Of a stretch of 64,000 bases of DNA, positions 49,387 through 58,943 are shown piece after piece. Position numbers and translations under genes: made by a program. The DNA lies in assembly GCA_965248195.1 (NCBI GenBank), contig CBDFIQ010000002.1, positions 640,001 through 704,000 of the forward strand, in the 5' to 3' direction. The notes beneath the pieces are model-generated. The model made no database searches, had not been told where the DNA came from, and was given only the letters and a program-made list of their open reading frames with translations. Positions within the stretch are counted from its first letter, which is position 1. Each line of letters opens with the position of its first letter. Source of the DNA: Longimicrobiales bacterium. Lineage in GTDB: Bacteria > Gemmatimonadota > Gemmatimonadetes > Longimicrobiales > Gaopeijiaceae.

Positions 49387-50175
49387 ATGTCGGAACCGCT
49401 CGAGGGCATCAAAGGCGTTTTGCTGGATTTGGACGGCACGATCTTCGTCGGTGATCGGTTGGTCCCCGGCGCGGCCGATGCGGTGGGTGCGCTGCGGCGC
49501 GGTGGCCTCCCCCTGAGGTTCGGCACCAACACGACTCGGATGTCGCGGACAACCCTCGTCGGTCGCCTGCAAAAAATGGGGCTCGCGCTGGATCCCGGGG
49601 AGGTCTTCACGGCGCCTCTCGCCGCCGCGGCCTGGCTGGAAAAGAAAGGCCTCTGGAACTTGTCTTTGTGCGTCCCCCAGGCCGCCCATGCCGACTTCGG
49701 CCATTTTAAAATCGATGAGACCTCTCCCCAGGCCGTCGTCGTAGGGGATCTGGGCGAGGCCTGGGACTTCAGTCGGCTCAACGACGCGTTCCGTCACATC
49801 ATGGAGGGTGCGGAGTTCGTGGCCTTACAACGGAACCGTTACTGGGATACGGGAGAAGGGTTGGCTTTGGACGCGGGTGCGTTCGTCACGGCCCTCGAGT
49901 ACGCGACGGGACGGGAGGCCACCCTGGCGGGTAAACCGAGCTCGATGTTTTTTCAGGGAGCTGCGGAGTCTATGGGAGTGGAACTGTTCAACCTGGCCGT
50001 GGTGGGAGACGATCCGGGGACGGACGTGGCAGGAGCCCAAGCCTGTGACGCCGCAGCGATCTTGGTGAAAACCGGGCGCTTCCAAGAGGGAGCGCTCGCC
50101 CCTAGTATGCCGCACCCCGATCTGATCCTGGATTCGGTGGCGACGCTGCCGGCGGCTCTCGGCGTCGGGTTCTGA
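49387..50175 (+). CDS. HAD-IIA hydrolase (LHPP/TIGR01458-like)
   Basis: LLDLDGT, TNTT, GKPS, VGDD..TDV.GA, KTGRF. Confidence 0.9.
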   Translation: MSEPLEGIKGVLLDLDGTIFVGDRLVPGAADAVGALRRGGLPLRFGTNTTRMSRTTLVGRLQKMGLALDPGEVFTAPLAAAAWLEKKGLWNLSLCVPQAAHADFGHFKIDETSPQAVVVGDLGEAWDFSRLNDAFRHIMEGAEFVALQRNRYWDTGEGLALDAGAFVTALEYATGREATLAGKPSSMFFQGAAESMGVELFNLAVVGDDPGTDVAGAQACDAAAILVKTGRFQEGALAPSMPHPDLILDSVATLPAALGVGF

Positions 50176-51299
50176 TGGGTCGCACGGAGGGCTCGCCAGA
50201 GGGACTTGCGGGAACACGAGATCGGGAAGGGCCGTTCTACGAGAATCTGATCTCCGACGATCCCGTCTACGACGCCCAGAGCCCGGGGGAGCAAGTCCGG
50301 GAGAATCAGACCGCAAGGGAGTGGCGCAAGGTTCTAGGGCCTTATGGCGGGGCGGACCTTCGTCGTAGTGTCACCCAGATTTTCACCTCTGCGGTGCCCT
50401 TTTTCGTCCTTTGGTACGCGGCCTATCGTGCTCTTTCCGTCGGCTATTGGCTCACGTTGATCCTCGCCGTGCCAACCGCCGGTTTCGTAATGCGGCTCTT
50501 CCTGATCCAGCACGACTGCGGGCATGGATCGTTTTTCAAGTCCCAAAAAGTTGCGGACCTCGTTGGTTTCTGGCTCGGCGTGGTGACACTGACGCCATAC
50601 CGGTATTGGCGGAAGATGCACGCCTATCACCATGCTCATTCGGGCGATTTGGGTTTCCGGGGCCTCGGTGACGTAGACACGATCACCGTATCGGAGTACT
50701 ACGAAAAGCCTTTTCTCGGGCGCCTCCGCTATCGTCTCTATCGAAGTCCGCTCGTGCTACTGGGCGTGGGGGGACTGTTCGTGTTCGCCTTGAAGCACCG
50801 CTATCCCTGGGATCTCCCCAGGCGATGGAAGCGGGAGTGGGCGAGCGTCTGGAAGACCAATGCGGTGCTCTTTGCGATCTTGATGCTGTTCGGCCTGACG
50901 ATCGGCCTCAAAGCAGCCCTGCTGGTTCACTTGCCTGTGCTCTTGGTCACGGCGACGATCGGCGTGTGGCTGTTCTACGTACAACACCAGTTCGAAGATA
51001 CGTATTGGCACGAACACACCGAATGGTCATACTTCGACGCGGGTCTCCAGGGCAGTTCTCATCTCGTGCTACCCAAGCCTCTCCAGTGGGTCACCGCCAG
51101 TATCGGTATCCATCACGTCCATCACCTCAGCGCTCAAATTCCCAATTACCGCCTTCAGCAGTGCCTGGATGAGAACCCCGAGCTCCAGCACGTGACTCGG
51201 ATCACCATCTGGGACGGGATCAAGACGCTGAGCCTTTCACTCTGGGACGAGGACTCGAGACGCCTCGTCAGCTTTCGCGAGGCACGGCGCCTGATCTAA
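50175..51299 (+). CDS. Membrane fatty acid desaturase
   Basis: His boxes HDCGH, HAYHH, HHVHH; YVQHQFE. Confidence 0.93.
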   Translation: MGRTEGSPEGLAGTRDREGPFYENLISDDPVYDAQSPGEQVRENQTAREWRKVLGPYGGADLRRSVTQIFTSAVPFFVLWYAAYRALSVGYWLTLILAVPTAGFVMRLFLIQHDCGHGSFFKSQKVADLVGFWLGVVTLTPYRYWRKMHAYHHAHSGDLGFRGLGDVDTITVSEYYEKPFLGRLRYRLYRSPLVLLGVGGLFVFALKHRYPWDLPRRWKREWASVWKTNAVLFAILMLFGLTIGLKAALLVHLPVLLVTATIGVWLFYVQHQFEDTYWHEHTEWSYFDAGLQGSSHLVLPKPLQWVTASIGIHHVHHLSAQIPNYRLQQCLDENPELQHVTRITIWDGIKTLSLSLWDEDSRRLVSFREARRLI

Positions 51300-51303
51300 C
51301 CAC

Positions 51304-51873
51304 ATGGCTCAAAGGATCCGCTTCGCTGCCGAGACCGACGCCACGCAGATTCTGGACATCTACGCGCCGATCGTTAGGGACACGGCCATTTCCTTCGAGG
51401 AGGTGCCACCCAACAGGCCGGAAATGGCCGGCCGGATCCGCAGCACCCTGGAGCGCTACCCGTGGCTCGCGTGTGAGGAGGCCGGACACGTTTTGGGCTA
51501 CGCGTACGCGGGCAGTTTCCGGTCACGCCCGGCCTACCAGTGGGCCGTCGAAGTTACGGCGTACGTACGTCCCGAGGCGCAGCGGAGAGGTGTCGCGAGC
51601 GCCCTCTACACGTCTCTGCTCGAGATCCTGCGACTCCAGGGCTTCATCAATGCCCTCGCGGGCATCGCCTTGCCAAACGACCCGAGTGTGGCCCTGCATG
51701 AACGGTTCGGCTTCAAGCCGGTGGGCGTCCTCCAGGACATAGGGTTCAAGCTCACGCGGTGGCACGATGTGGAATGGTGGGCGTTACGCCTTCAGCAACC
51801 CATGGACCCGCCCGACGCCCCCAAACCTCTCCCCGAGGTGTGGGCGGCGAGCGCGGATCTCATGTCCGTTTGA
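51304..51873 (+). CDS. GNAT acetyltransferase (phosphinothricin/ArsN1-like)
   Basis: IYAP...TAISFEE, R.AYQW.VE, LPNDPSVALHERFGF, GFK..WHDV. Confidence 0.88.
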   Translation: MAQRIRFAAETDATQILDIYAPIVRDTAISFEEVPPNRPEMAGRIRSTLERYPWLACEEAGHVLGYAYAGSFRSRPAYQWAVEVTAYVRPEAQRRGVASALYTSLLEILRLQGFINALAGIALPNDPSVALHERFGFKPVGVLQDIGFKLTRWHDVEWWALRLQQPMDPPDAPKPLPEVWAASADLMSV

Positions 51874-51928
51874 AGGATTCCACCCACTGGCGTCTACCGT
51901 GTGATTCCTATCCTCGCTACCGTTCACC

Positions 51929-52582
51929 ATGTCGATCAAGTCAGCCATCAAGTCCGTTGTCACTCTGGGCCAGGGGGTCACCCAGGGACTACCCGAGGCA
52001 AGTGCCGAGCGCGACCCCATAACACTGTTCGCTGAGTGGCTCGAACAGGCGAAGGAGTCGGGCATTCTCCTTCCGGAGTCGGCATCCCTCGCCACGGCCG
52101 ATCGGGATGGCGTTCCTTCGTCTCGCATGGTCCTTCTCAAGAGCTTTGCCGCGGATGGATTCGTATTCTTCACGAACTACGAGAGCCGCAAGGCCAGGGA
52201 AATGGACGAGAATCCCAAGGCCTCACTCCTGCTGCACTGGGTGGTGTTGCAGCGGCAGATCCGGGTGGAGGGTTCGGTCGAGCGCGTCAGTGCCGAGGCG
52301 TCTGCGGCGTACTTTCGGACCCGGGACCGGGGAAGCCAGATCGGTGCCTGGGTGTCCCGTCAGAGTGAGGACCTGGAGGACCGTTCGGTACTGAAGAGGC
52401 GGGAAAAAGAGATCAAGCAGCGTTTCGAAGGCCAGGACGTTCCTTTGCCTCCGTTTTGGGGGGGATACCGCCTTATCCCCGAGTGCATCGAATTCTGGCA
52501 GGGACGCTTGAACCGGCTGCACGATCGGCTTCTGTTCACGCGGTTAGAGGCGGGCTGGGCCGCGCAGCGCCTCTATCCCTGA
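51929..52582 (+). CDS. pdxH: Pyridoxamine 5'-phosphate oxidase
   Basis: RMVLLK, FFTNYESRK, RQIRVEG, SQIGAW, EFWQGRLNRLHDR. Confidence 0.95.
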   Translation: MSIKSAIKSVVTLGQGVTQGLPEASAERDPITLFAEWLEQAKESGILLPESASLATADRDGVPSSRMVLLKSFAADGFVFFTNYESRKAREMDENPKASLLLHWVVLQRQIRVEGSVERVSAEASAAYFRTRDRGSQIGAWVSRQSEDLEDRSVLKRREKEIKQRFEGQDVPLPPFWGGYRLIPECIEFWQGRLNRLHDRLLFTRLEAGWAAQRLYP

Positions 52583-53499
52583 GGTGGGCCCTGAGGTCGG
52601 GTCACCCACGACTCGATTCGCCGAACGAACGAGTCCGGCTCGTCCTCGAAGAGTCGAGCACTCAGCGCCGCCGCTTCCGATCCGAGCCCCGATTTCATTT
52701 CCTCCACATGGGCAGTCAGTGACGCTCGCTCGTTATCGTCCAGAATGTTGGCGGAGGCCGCGAATGCCGAGAGCGTGGCCAGGTCGTTTCTGTCGCCGAG
52801 GAGATCGGTGAGATGGTGGAGATCCCTCACCAACCGGCCGAGTTTGGGATGGCCGGTGTCCAGGAACTCGAGCTGATAGCGTAGATCCTTGACGCGCTTT
52901 CGGAGCTTGTGGGATCGCTCGTCTACCGGCGCTTCACCGGCCGCCGAATCGGAACGTGCCCGAGCGGACTCGTACGAAGCACCGAGACCGAGCCGTAGGA
53001 GCTCCATGCCGCCCGACGCCGTTGGCTCGTGGCCGGCCGTGGGTTGGGGTGCCCGGGGCTCCCGGATTTCCACTGCGACCGACCTCAGCAGTTCATCGGC
53101 CACGCGGAGTGGCCCCTCGGCTGAGGCCGACTCGGCGAAGCGCCGCCGCCACCCCTCTTCCAGAGACTCGAGCAGATGTAGGGGGACCACGTTCGGCTCA
53201 GAGGGCCGGAACTCGGCGCGGATGTCTTCGGCGGTCAGGACCACTATGTCGGCGTCCCGAAGCACCGCGAGGGCACGACTCGCATCGCGTAACGTGCAGT
53301 CGGTGTGCGAGTCGCTGGGCCACGGGTCGGCCAGCCTGAGGAGTGCTCGCGTGCGCTTGATCGCCAGGCGCGCCTCGTGCACCGAAGACGCCAGATCTGT
53401 CTCCGCCTCCAAAGCCTCCCTCGCCCGCCCCAGTTGGGCGGAGATCGCACGAGACAACTCGCCGCGGGCGTCCTCGCTGCTCTCAGTGTTCCAGTTCAT
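52573..53499 (-). CDS. CHAD domain (polyphosphate-binding) protein
   Basis: VHEARLAIKRTRALLRL, RDAD, HKLRKRVKDLRYQLE, LG.RND. Confidence 0.88.
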   Translation of the reverse strand: MNWNTESSEDARGELSRAISAQLGRAREALEAETDLASSVHEARLAIKRTRALLRLADPWPSDSHTDCTLRDASRALAVLRDADIVVLTAEDIRAEFRPSEPNVVPLHLLESLEEGWRRRFAESASAEGPLRVADELLRSVAVEIREPRAPQPTAGHEPTASGGMELLRLGLGASYESARARSDSAAGEAPVDERSHKLRKRVKDLRYQLEFLDTGHPKLGRLVRDLHHLTDLLGDRNDLATLSAFAASANILDDNERASLTAHVEEMKSGLGSEAAALSARLFEDEPDSFVRRIESWVTRPQGPPQG

Positions 53500-53616
53500 T
53501 TCGACGAGTTCGTGATGAAGATGGTCTGGGGGCGATGGCCGAGACACTTCTGGGCCACCGCACTATCATATTACACTAGCGGACCGCGAGCAGCGGTGGC
53601 GAAACGGGGGAAGGTA

Positions 53617-54222
53617 ATGGCTAAAGGATTGTGGGTCGGCATCGCACTCGGCGTTTTCGGCCTCGGAGCTGCGCGCTTCCTGGGGGTCCCTCCCCCCGAG
53701 GCGACCCACTTCCATGCCAATTGGGCCATTTACATCGATGGCGACCGCTTGGATCTCTCGGACCAGCGATACATGGAAGAGGTTTCGAGTTGTTATACGG
53801 TCGATGGCGAGGTGACCCCCCAATCACGTGTCCACATGCACGAGGGCAACCACGGCGTGGTCCACGTCCACCATCTCGGAGCGACCTGGGGGCACCTCGC
53901 GGGCAACCTCGGGATCGGACTCGGCGAGGGTTACCTGATCCTGGATGACGGCACCCGGATCTTCGATGGGGAGGACGGCCGCTTTACGTACATCCTGAAT
54001 GGCCGAGCGCTCACCTCGGTCCACAATCAACTGATCGCCTCCGAGGACCGCCTCCTCATCAGCTACGGTTTCGAGTCCCTGGATGCATTGGGGGAGGGGA
54101 GGTTCGGTCGGGTCGCGACGACCGCCGGTGAGTACAACATGCGCGAAGACCCAGCCACCTGCTCGGGCTCGAGTGATCCGCTCGGATGGTGGGGGCGGCT
54201 CAAATTGGCGTTCTGGGGGTGA
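53617..54222 (+). CDS. Membrane-anchored His-motif hypothetical protein
   Basis: N-terminal TM; HFHAN, HMHE, HVHH motifs. Confidence 0.7.
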   Translation: MAKGLWVGIALGVFGLGAARFLGVPPPEATHFHANWAIYIDGDRLDLSDQRYMEEVSSCYTVDGEVTPQSRVHMHEGNHGVVHVHHLGATWGHLAGNLGIGLGEGYLILDDGTRIFDGEDGRFTYILNGRALTSVHNQLIASEDRLLISYGFESLDALGEGRFGRVATTAGEYNMREDPATCSGSSDPLGWWGRLKLAFWG

Positions 54223-54250
54223 CCGTGAAGGCTGTTGAAGAAGCAGCCGT

Positions 54251-56377
54251 CTAATCCGGGGACCGATCCTTCACCCCACTCCCCCGGCCTGAAAGACTTG
54301 GACTGGCCATGAAGTAGCGGTGCGCTCCGAACGGCTCGATGCCGGCCTGGGCCCTCTCGTAGGTTCGATCCGGCTGGAGGTACCAGCATTGTAGGTTGTC
54401 CCGGAGGGTCGCTACCATGATCTCATTCAGGATCTGGCGGTGAACGGTGGGATTCTCGATCGGAACCAGGTGCTCGATCCTGCGATCGAGGTTGCGAGGC
54501 ATCCAGTCGGCGGACGAGAGGTAGACCTTCGCCTCGGGTGAGGGCAGCGGATGGCCCGCGCCGAAGCAAACGATGCGGCTATGCTCCAAGAAGCGTCCGA
54601 CCACGCTCTTGACCGTGATGTTCTCCGATAGCCCCGGAATACCCGGGCGGAGGCAGCAGATCCCTCTCACCACCAGACTGATCCGGACGCCCGCCCCGGA
54701 AGCCCTATATAGGGCGTCGATGACTTTGCCGTCCACGAGCGCGTTGAGTTTGGCCCAGATGGTCGCCGGTCGCCCGGCCTCGGCATGCTCGATTTCGTCG
54801 TCGATGAGTTGGATCAGGGTATCCCGAAGATGGAAGGGAGCAACGACCAACTTGTCCAGGCCCTCGGGCTCGCCGTACCCGGTTGTGAAATTGAAGACAC
54901 GGGCCGCGTCTCGGCACAGCTGCTCGTCGCAAGTGAAGTAAGAAAGGTCAGTGTACACCAAAGCGTTTTTCGTGTGATAATTCCCGGTGCCGAAGTGTGC
55001 ATAGGAGCGTAGCGTGCCCCCTTCGCGCCGAACGACCAAGGACATCTTGGCGTGTATCTTCAGGTCGATCACGCCGTACACGACGTGGACCCCAGCCGCT
55101 TCCATCTTGCGCGCCAGCCGGATATTCGCCTCCTCGTCGAAACGGGCCTTCAGTTCGACCAACGCGGTCACGTTTTTCCCGGACTCTGCGGCTTCGATCA
55201 AATCCCGGACGATCGGGGAGTCGTCACTCGTGCGATACAAAGTCTGTTTGATGGCCACGACATCCGGATCACGAGCCGCTTGGCGAACAAACTTGATGAC
55301 CACATCGAAGCTCTCGTACGGATGATGAACCAGCAGATCCTTCGCTCGAATGGCAGCGAAGTGATCGCCATCGAAGTCTCGGATGCGCTCGGGGAACCGC
55401 GGCGTGAAGGGTTCGAACAGGAGGTCCGGGCGTTCCGATACGATCAACTCGCTCAGATCGCCGATGCCCAGCAGGCTACTTGCCTGGAAGACGTTCTCCT
55501 CCTGGATATTCAACTCCTCGATGATGGAGTCCCTCATCTCCTTGGACATGAACGACGATACGCGGAGGGACATCGCCGACCCTCTTCTCCGGCGTTTGAC
55601 GAGGGATTCGAACTCGAGAAGCAGATCCTCCGCCTTTTCTTCGATTTCCACATCCGAGTCGCGGAGGATTCTGAAATGCTCGGCCTCTTCGACCTCGAAA
55701 CCAGGGAAGAGCGAGTCGAGGTGCTGACAGATCACATCTTCGACCTTCACGAAGGTGGGCTTCTTCGGCCTGCCCGGTAGGCGGATGAAGCGTGGCATCT
55801 GATTCGGCAAGGGCAGGAGGGCCGACATCGAGACGCCGTCGTGGACCCGCCGCAGCGAAAGCGCCAAACTCGTTCCGCCGTTCGGGATGAACGGGAATGG
55901 GTGGGCCGGGTCGGCAGCCAGCGGCGTCAAGACAGGAAAAATTTCGTGCGTGAAGTGATCGTCGAGCCAGAGCTGTGCCTTCTCGTCGAGGTCCGATGGG
56001 TGGACCACCGCGATCCCATGGTCGGCCAGCTCTGCCCTCAGCACCTGCCACGTCTCTTGTTGCCGGACCATGAGTTTGATCGCACGACTGTTGACCTGAG
56101 CGAACTGCCGGGTCGGCGTTCGACCATCCTGGCTGAGCGACCTTACACCGGCTCGCACTTGGGCTCGCAGGCCGGCCACCCGGACGATAAAGAATTCGTC
56201 CAGGTTGGTCCCGGAGATGGAAAGGAACCGAAGACGCTCGAGGACCGGGTGGTTCTCATTCATCGCCTCTTCGAGCACCCGCTCGTTGAAGGCCAACCAG
56301 GATAGCTCCCGGTTGATGAATCGCTTCCGGGACCGTAGCCCGATCGCGGTGAGATCTTGCTTGACGGCTTTCGCCAC
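54251..56377 (-). CDS. ppk1: Polyphosphate kinase 1
   Basis: NRELSWLAFNERVL, HHPYESF, ELKARFDE, KIHAK, GRFLEHSR, SADWMPRN. Confidence 0.96.
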   Translation of the reverse strand: MAKAVKQDLTAIGLRSRKRFINRELSWLAFNERVLEEAMNENHPVLERLRFLSISGTNLDEFFIVRVAGLRAQVRAGVRSLSQDGRTPTRQFAQVNSRAIKLMVRQQETWQVLRAELADHGIAVVHPSDLDEKAQLWLDDHFTHEIFPVLTPLAADPAHPFPFIPNGGTSLALSLRRVHDGVSMSALLPLPNQMPRFIRLPGRPKKPTFVKVEDVICQHLDSLFPGFEVEEAEHFRILRDSDVEIEEKAEDLLLEFESLVKRRRRGSAMSLRVSSFMSKEMRDSIIEELNIQEENVFQASSLLGIGDLSELIVSERPDLLFEPFTPRFPERIRDFDGDHFAAIRAKDLLVHHPYESFDVVIKFVRQAARDPDVVAIKQTLYRTSDDSPIVRDLIEAAESGKNVTALVELKARFDEEANIRLARKMEAAGVHVVYGVIDLKIHAKMSLVVRREGGTLRSYAHFGTGNYHTKNALVYTDLSYFTCDEQLCRDAARVFNFTTGYGEPEGLDKLVVAPFHLRDTLIQLIDDEIEHAEAGRPATIWAKLNALVDGKVIDALYRASGAGVRISLVVRGICCLRPGIPGLSENITVKSVVGRFLEHSRIVCFGAGHPLPSPEAKVYLSSADWMPRNLDRRIEHLVPIENPTVHRQILNEIMVATLRDNLQCWYLQPDRTYERAQAGIEPFGAHRYFMASPSLSGRGSGVKDRSPD

Positions 56378-56480
56378 GTATCAGCCCCTGCGTCCGAAGG
56401 GATGTCGCCCCGGAGGACAACTCCCGTATACTACCACGATTCCCGTCAAATGTCTTAAGAATCGTGATAGGGTAATGATC

Positions 56481-56996
56481 ATGAAGACCATTTACGTGCT
56501 TCGCCACGCAAAATCGTCCTGGGCGGACGGCTCACTCCCCGACCATGACCGCCCGCTCAACGAAAGGGGCCGAGCTGCCGCTCCCCGAGTCGGCGCACAT
56601 ATGCAGGAGGCGGGTTATCTGCCTGATCTGGTCCTTTGCTCCACGGCCACGAGGACGAGGCGGACGTTGGATGCCGTGCTTTCCGAACTGGAGGTGGCGC
56701 CTGCCATCGAGTTCCAGGAGGAACTCTACTTGGCGGCTCCGAGTGAGATGCTCGATCTGGTCAGGTCGGTGCCCGATACGGTGGAGTCGATACTTCTGGT
56801 GGGCCACAACCCCGGCACGGGGATGCTGGCCGCTGCCCTCTCAGGCGATGGCCCACCAGAGAATGTTCACCTCATGAGGACCAAGTTCCCAACCGCGGGA
56901 CTGGCAATTATCGAGCTGAGCGTCGATCGTTGGAAAGACGTCGAAAGCGGATGCGGAACCCTGAAAGAGTTCGTACGGCCGCGGGATCTGCCTTGA
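56481..56996 (+). CDS. sixA: SixA-like phosphohistidine phosphatase
   Basis: LRHAKS, DRPL..RG, STATRT, VGHNP, FPTAG. Confidence 0.88.
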   Translation: MKTIYVLRHAKSSWADGSLPDHDRPLNERGRAAAPRVGAHMQEAGYLPDLVLCSTATRTRRTLDAVLSELEVAPAIEFQEELYLAAPSEMLDLVRSVPDTVESILLVGHNPGTGMLAAALSGDGPPENVHLMRTKFPTAGLAIIELSVDRWKDVESGCGTLKEFVRPRDLP

Positions 56997-57048
56997 CCCT
57001 GCACCTCCGCCCCGCCGATCTACGAGGTGAATGCGTTGGAGGTGTACC

Positions 57049-57288
57049 ATGTACAAGACGATATCAATGGCCGCATTGGCGGCGCTGACCATTCTTTCCG
57101 TCGGTTGCTACGGCAGTGGCGACTCAAGCGCCAGTAGCGCTGCCGACACCCTGACACGCCGGCAGAAGAACGAGATCATATCGACGCTTCCGATCCCGGG
57201 AGCGCGCGGGGTGGGCCGCGCACTGGACGTCAGCGATCGGCTCGCCGATCGCGCCCAAGCCCACGATTCTCTAGCGGGAGCGCGGTAG
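57049..57288 (+). CDS. Small lipoprotein
   Basis: GGAGG RBS; lipobox SVGC; IPGARGVGRAL. Confidence 0.65.
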   Translation: MYKTISMAALAALTILSVGCYGSGDSSASSAADTLTRRQKNEIISTLPIPGARGVGRALDVSDRLADRAQAHDSLAGAR

Positions 57289-57331
57289 GAGCACGGGTAG
57301 AACCCGCGGTAGGAGCGCGGTAGGAGCGCGG
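57277..57331. repeat. Degenerate 11-12-bp tandem repeat (GGAGCGCGGTA), about 5 copies
   Basis: GGAGCGCGGTA GGAGCACGGGTA GAACCCGCGGTA GGAGCGCGGTA GGAGCGCGG, spanning the stop codon of 57049-57288. Confidence 0.75.
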
Positions 57332-57347
57332 CGGTCAAACACCCGGC

Positions 57348-57803
57348 TCAGTGGCTCAAAGTGTATACGTAGGCCGCCACCGACCGGACTTGGGCTTCTG
57401 TGATAGCCGCTCCACCCCTCGGAGGCATGATGGCCCCCAGCGGGTTCGTGGCCTCGGCAGCCGTGACTCCCTCCAAGATCTGAGCAACGAGCTGCTCGTA
57501 CTCACCGTCGCCGATGAGCCACTCAGCGTCGGTGAGGTCGGGTCCGATGGCCCCGGTGGCGTCCGGGGCATGGCACGCCGCACAGATGCCGGCGCCCGCA
57601 TAGATCTGCTGGCCCTCTTGGACCATCGCATCGGTAAATAGCGCTGCACCATCAGCGCCAGCGGGGGGTCGAGATGGGGCGGCCCCAAGATCGTCCGCTA
57701 CGTCGACGTCTCCCGTACCCGCGCGGCCGGAGCACCCCACCGAATAGGAAATCGCGAAGAAAGCCAGAACGAGTCTGGCAGACACGAAGGCAGTACGCTT
57801 CAT
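57348..57803 (-). CDS. Monoheme c-type cytochrome lipoprotein
   Basis: Lipobox SVGC; CAACH; GPDLTD.EW; MPPRGG axial Met. Confidence 0.9.
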   Translation of the reverse strand: MKRTAFVSARLVLAFFAISYSVGCSGRAGTGDVDVADDLGAAPSRPPAGADGAALFTDAMVQEGQQIYAGAGICAACHAPDATGAIGPDLTDAEWLIGDGEYEQLVAQILEGVTAAEATNPLGAIMPPRGGAAITEAQVRSVAAYVYTLSH

Positions 57804-58104
57804 ATCCGTCCCCTACACTAGTATGTGGCGTCTCAGGTCAGACCGAGAACATCTCGGCCGGCCACCGCCAATCCAATTCCGTTAGAAAGTAAGGGCACGT
57901 GAGCCCAAGCCCAAGACCCGAGTAGGGCGCGTGCCTTGGCCCATGCCGAAACAGGACTGTACGGCGCTTCGGCGTCCGTTGTCGGGGCGGAACGGACCGC
58001 TTAGGTTCGAACCGGTGTCCCAACATAGTGACACACTCTGTCCCCATACGGTGCCGGAGCCGGGCGAGTGGCGGAGAATTCGGCCGGAAACATCCATCCT
58101 GAGT

Positions 58105-58121
58105 CCGGCATACCTCTTGCG
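58105..58121 (+). promoter_or_regulatory. Putative sigma54 (-24/-12) promoter
   Basis: CCGGCATACCTCTTGCG fits GG-N10-GC; upstream palindrome GTGTC-N10-GACAC at 58015-58034. Confidence 0.55.
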
Positions 58122-58176
58122 ATACCGGCAGCTGTGGCTAGTGTCGCACCTGGCATGAAAAACTGGGAGGGGCCTC

Positions 58177-58932
58177 TTGATCGGTCACTGGCGTCGAGTT
58201 CGAGCGACAATTTTTTTGCTCACGGCCGCTTTTCCTCTTCTCCCTTCCCCCACCACGGCTCAGGCGAGTGGTCAGGGCTTTCTCTTCAAGCAGCCGACGG
58301 TTCAGGTGGGCGTCCACGGCGGGTACACTCTTGCCCGTGCCGGTGGGTCCGTGCTTGACTTTGCGCGTAGCGAGTTGACCCTGGATAAGCGCGACTTCGA
58401 CGCATCGTCCTGGGGATTCGAGTTGGCCGTGCGAGCGAAGGAGCGGCTGGACATCGCGTTTGATGTCCGGTTCTCGAGAAGCGAAGTCGGATCCGAAATG
58501 TGGGAATGGGTGGATCAGGACAACCTCCCCATCCAACAGACGACCACTTTCGTACGGGTGCCGGTAACGGTCGGCGCGAAGTTCTATCTGGGCGATCGAG
58601 GCCGGGCCATCAGCCAGTTCGTATGGATTCCCGCGAAGTTAGCTCCGTTCGTAGGGGCCGGCGGGGGATTCCTCTGGTACCGATTCGGGCAAAAGGGAGA
58701 TTTCGTCGATATTGTAACGCTCGACGTGGTCAACTTCACACTCGAATCGAGTGGTGGGACAGCCACCGGCCATGTCTTTGCAGGAGTCGACATATCGATC
58801 GGCCCACGGTTTCTGTGGACCCTGGAGGGTAGGTACGGCCTTGGTGGCGCCACCACGGGCTCCGCTTTTAATTTCGACCACTTGGATTTGAGTGGCTTGC
58901 AGGCTACGATCGGCTTAGCGGTTCGGTTCTAA
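58177..58932 (+). CDS. Outer-membrane beta-barrel protein (8-stranded type)
   Basis: Signal peptide; PFVGAGGG; ends IGLAVRF. Confidence 0.8.
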   Translation: MIGHWRRVRATIFLLTAAFPLLPSPTTAQASGQGFLFKQPTVQVGVHGGYTLARAGGSVLDFARSELTLDKRDFDASSWGFELAVRAKERLDIAFDVRFSRSEVGSEMWEWVDQDNLPIQQTTTFVRVPVTVGAKFYLGDRGRAISQFVWIPAKLAPFVGAGGGFLWYRFGQKGDFVDIVTLDVVNFTLESSGGTATGHVFAGVDISIGPRFLWTLEGRYGLGGATTGSAFNFDHLDLSGLQATIGLAVRF

Positions 58933-58943
58933 CCGGAAGGGGC

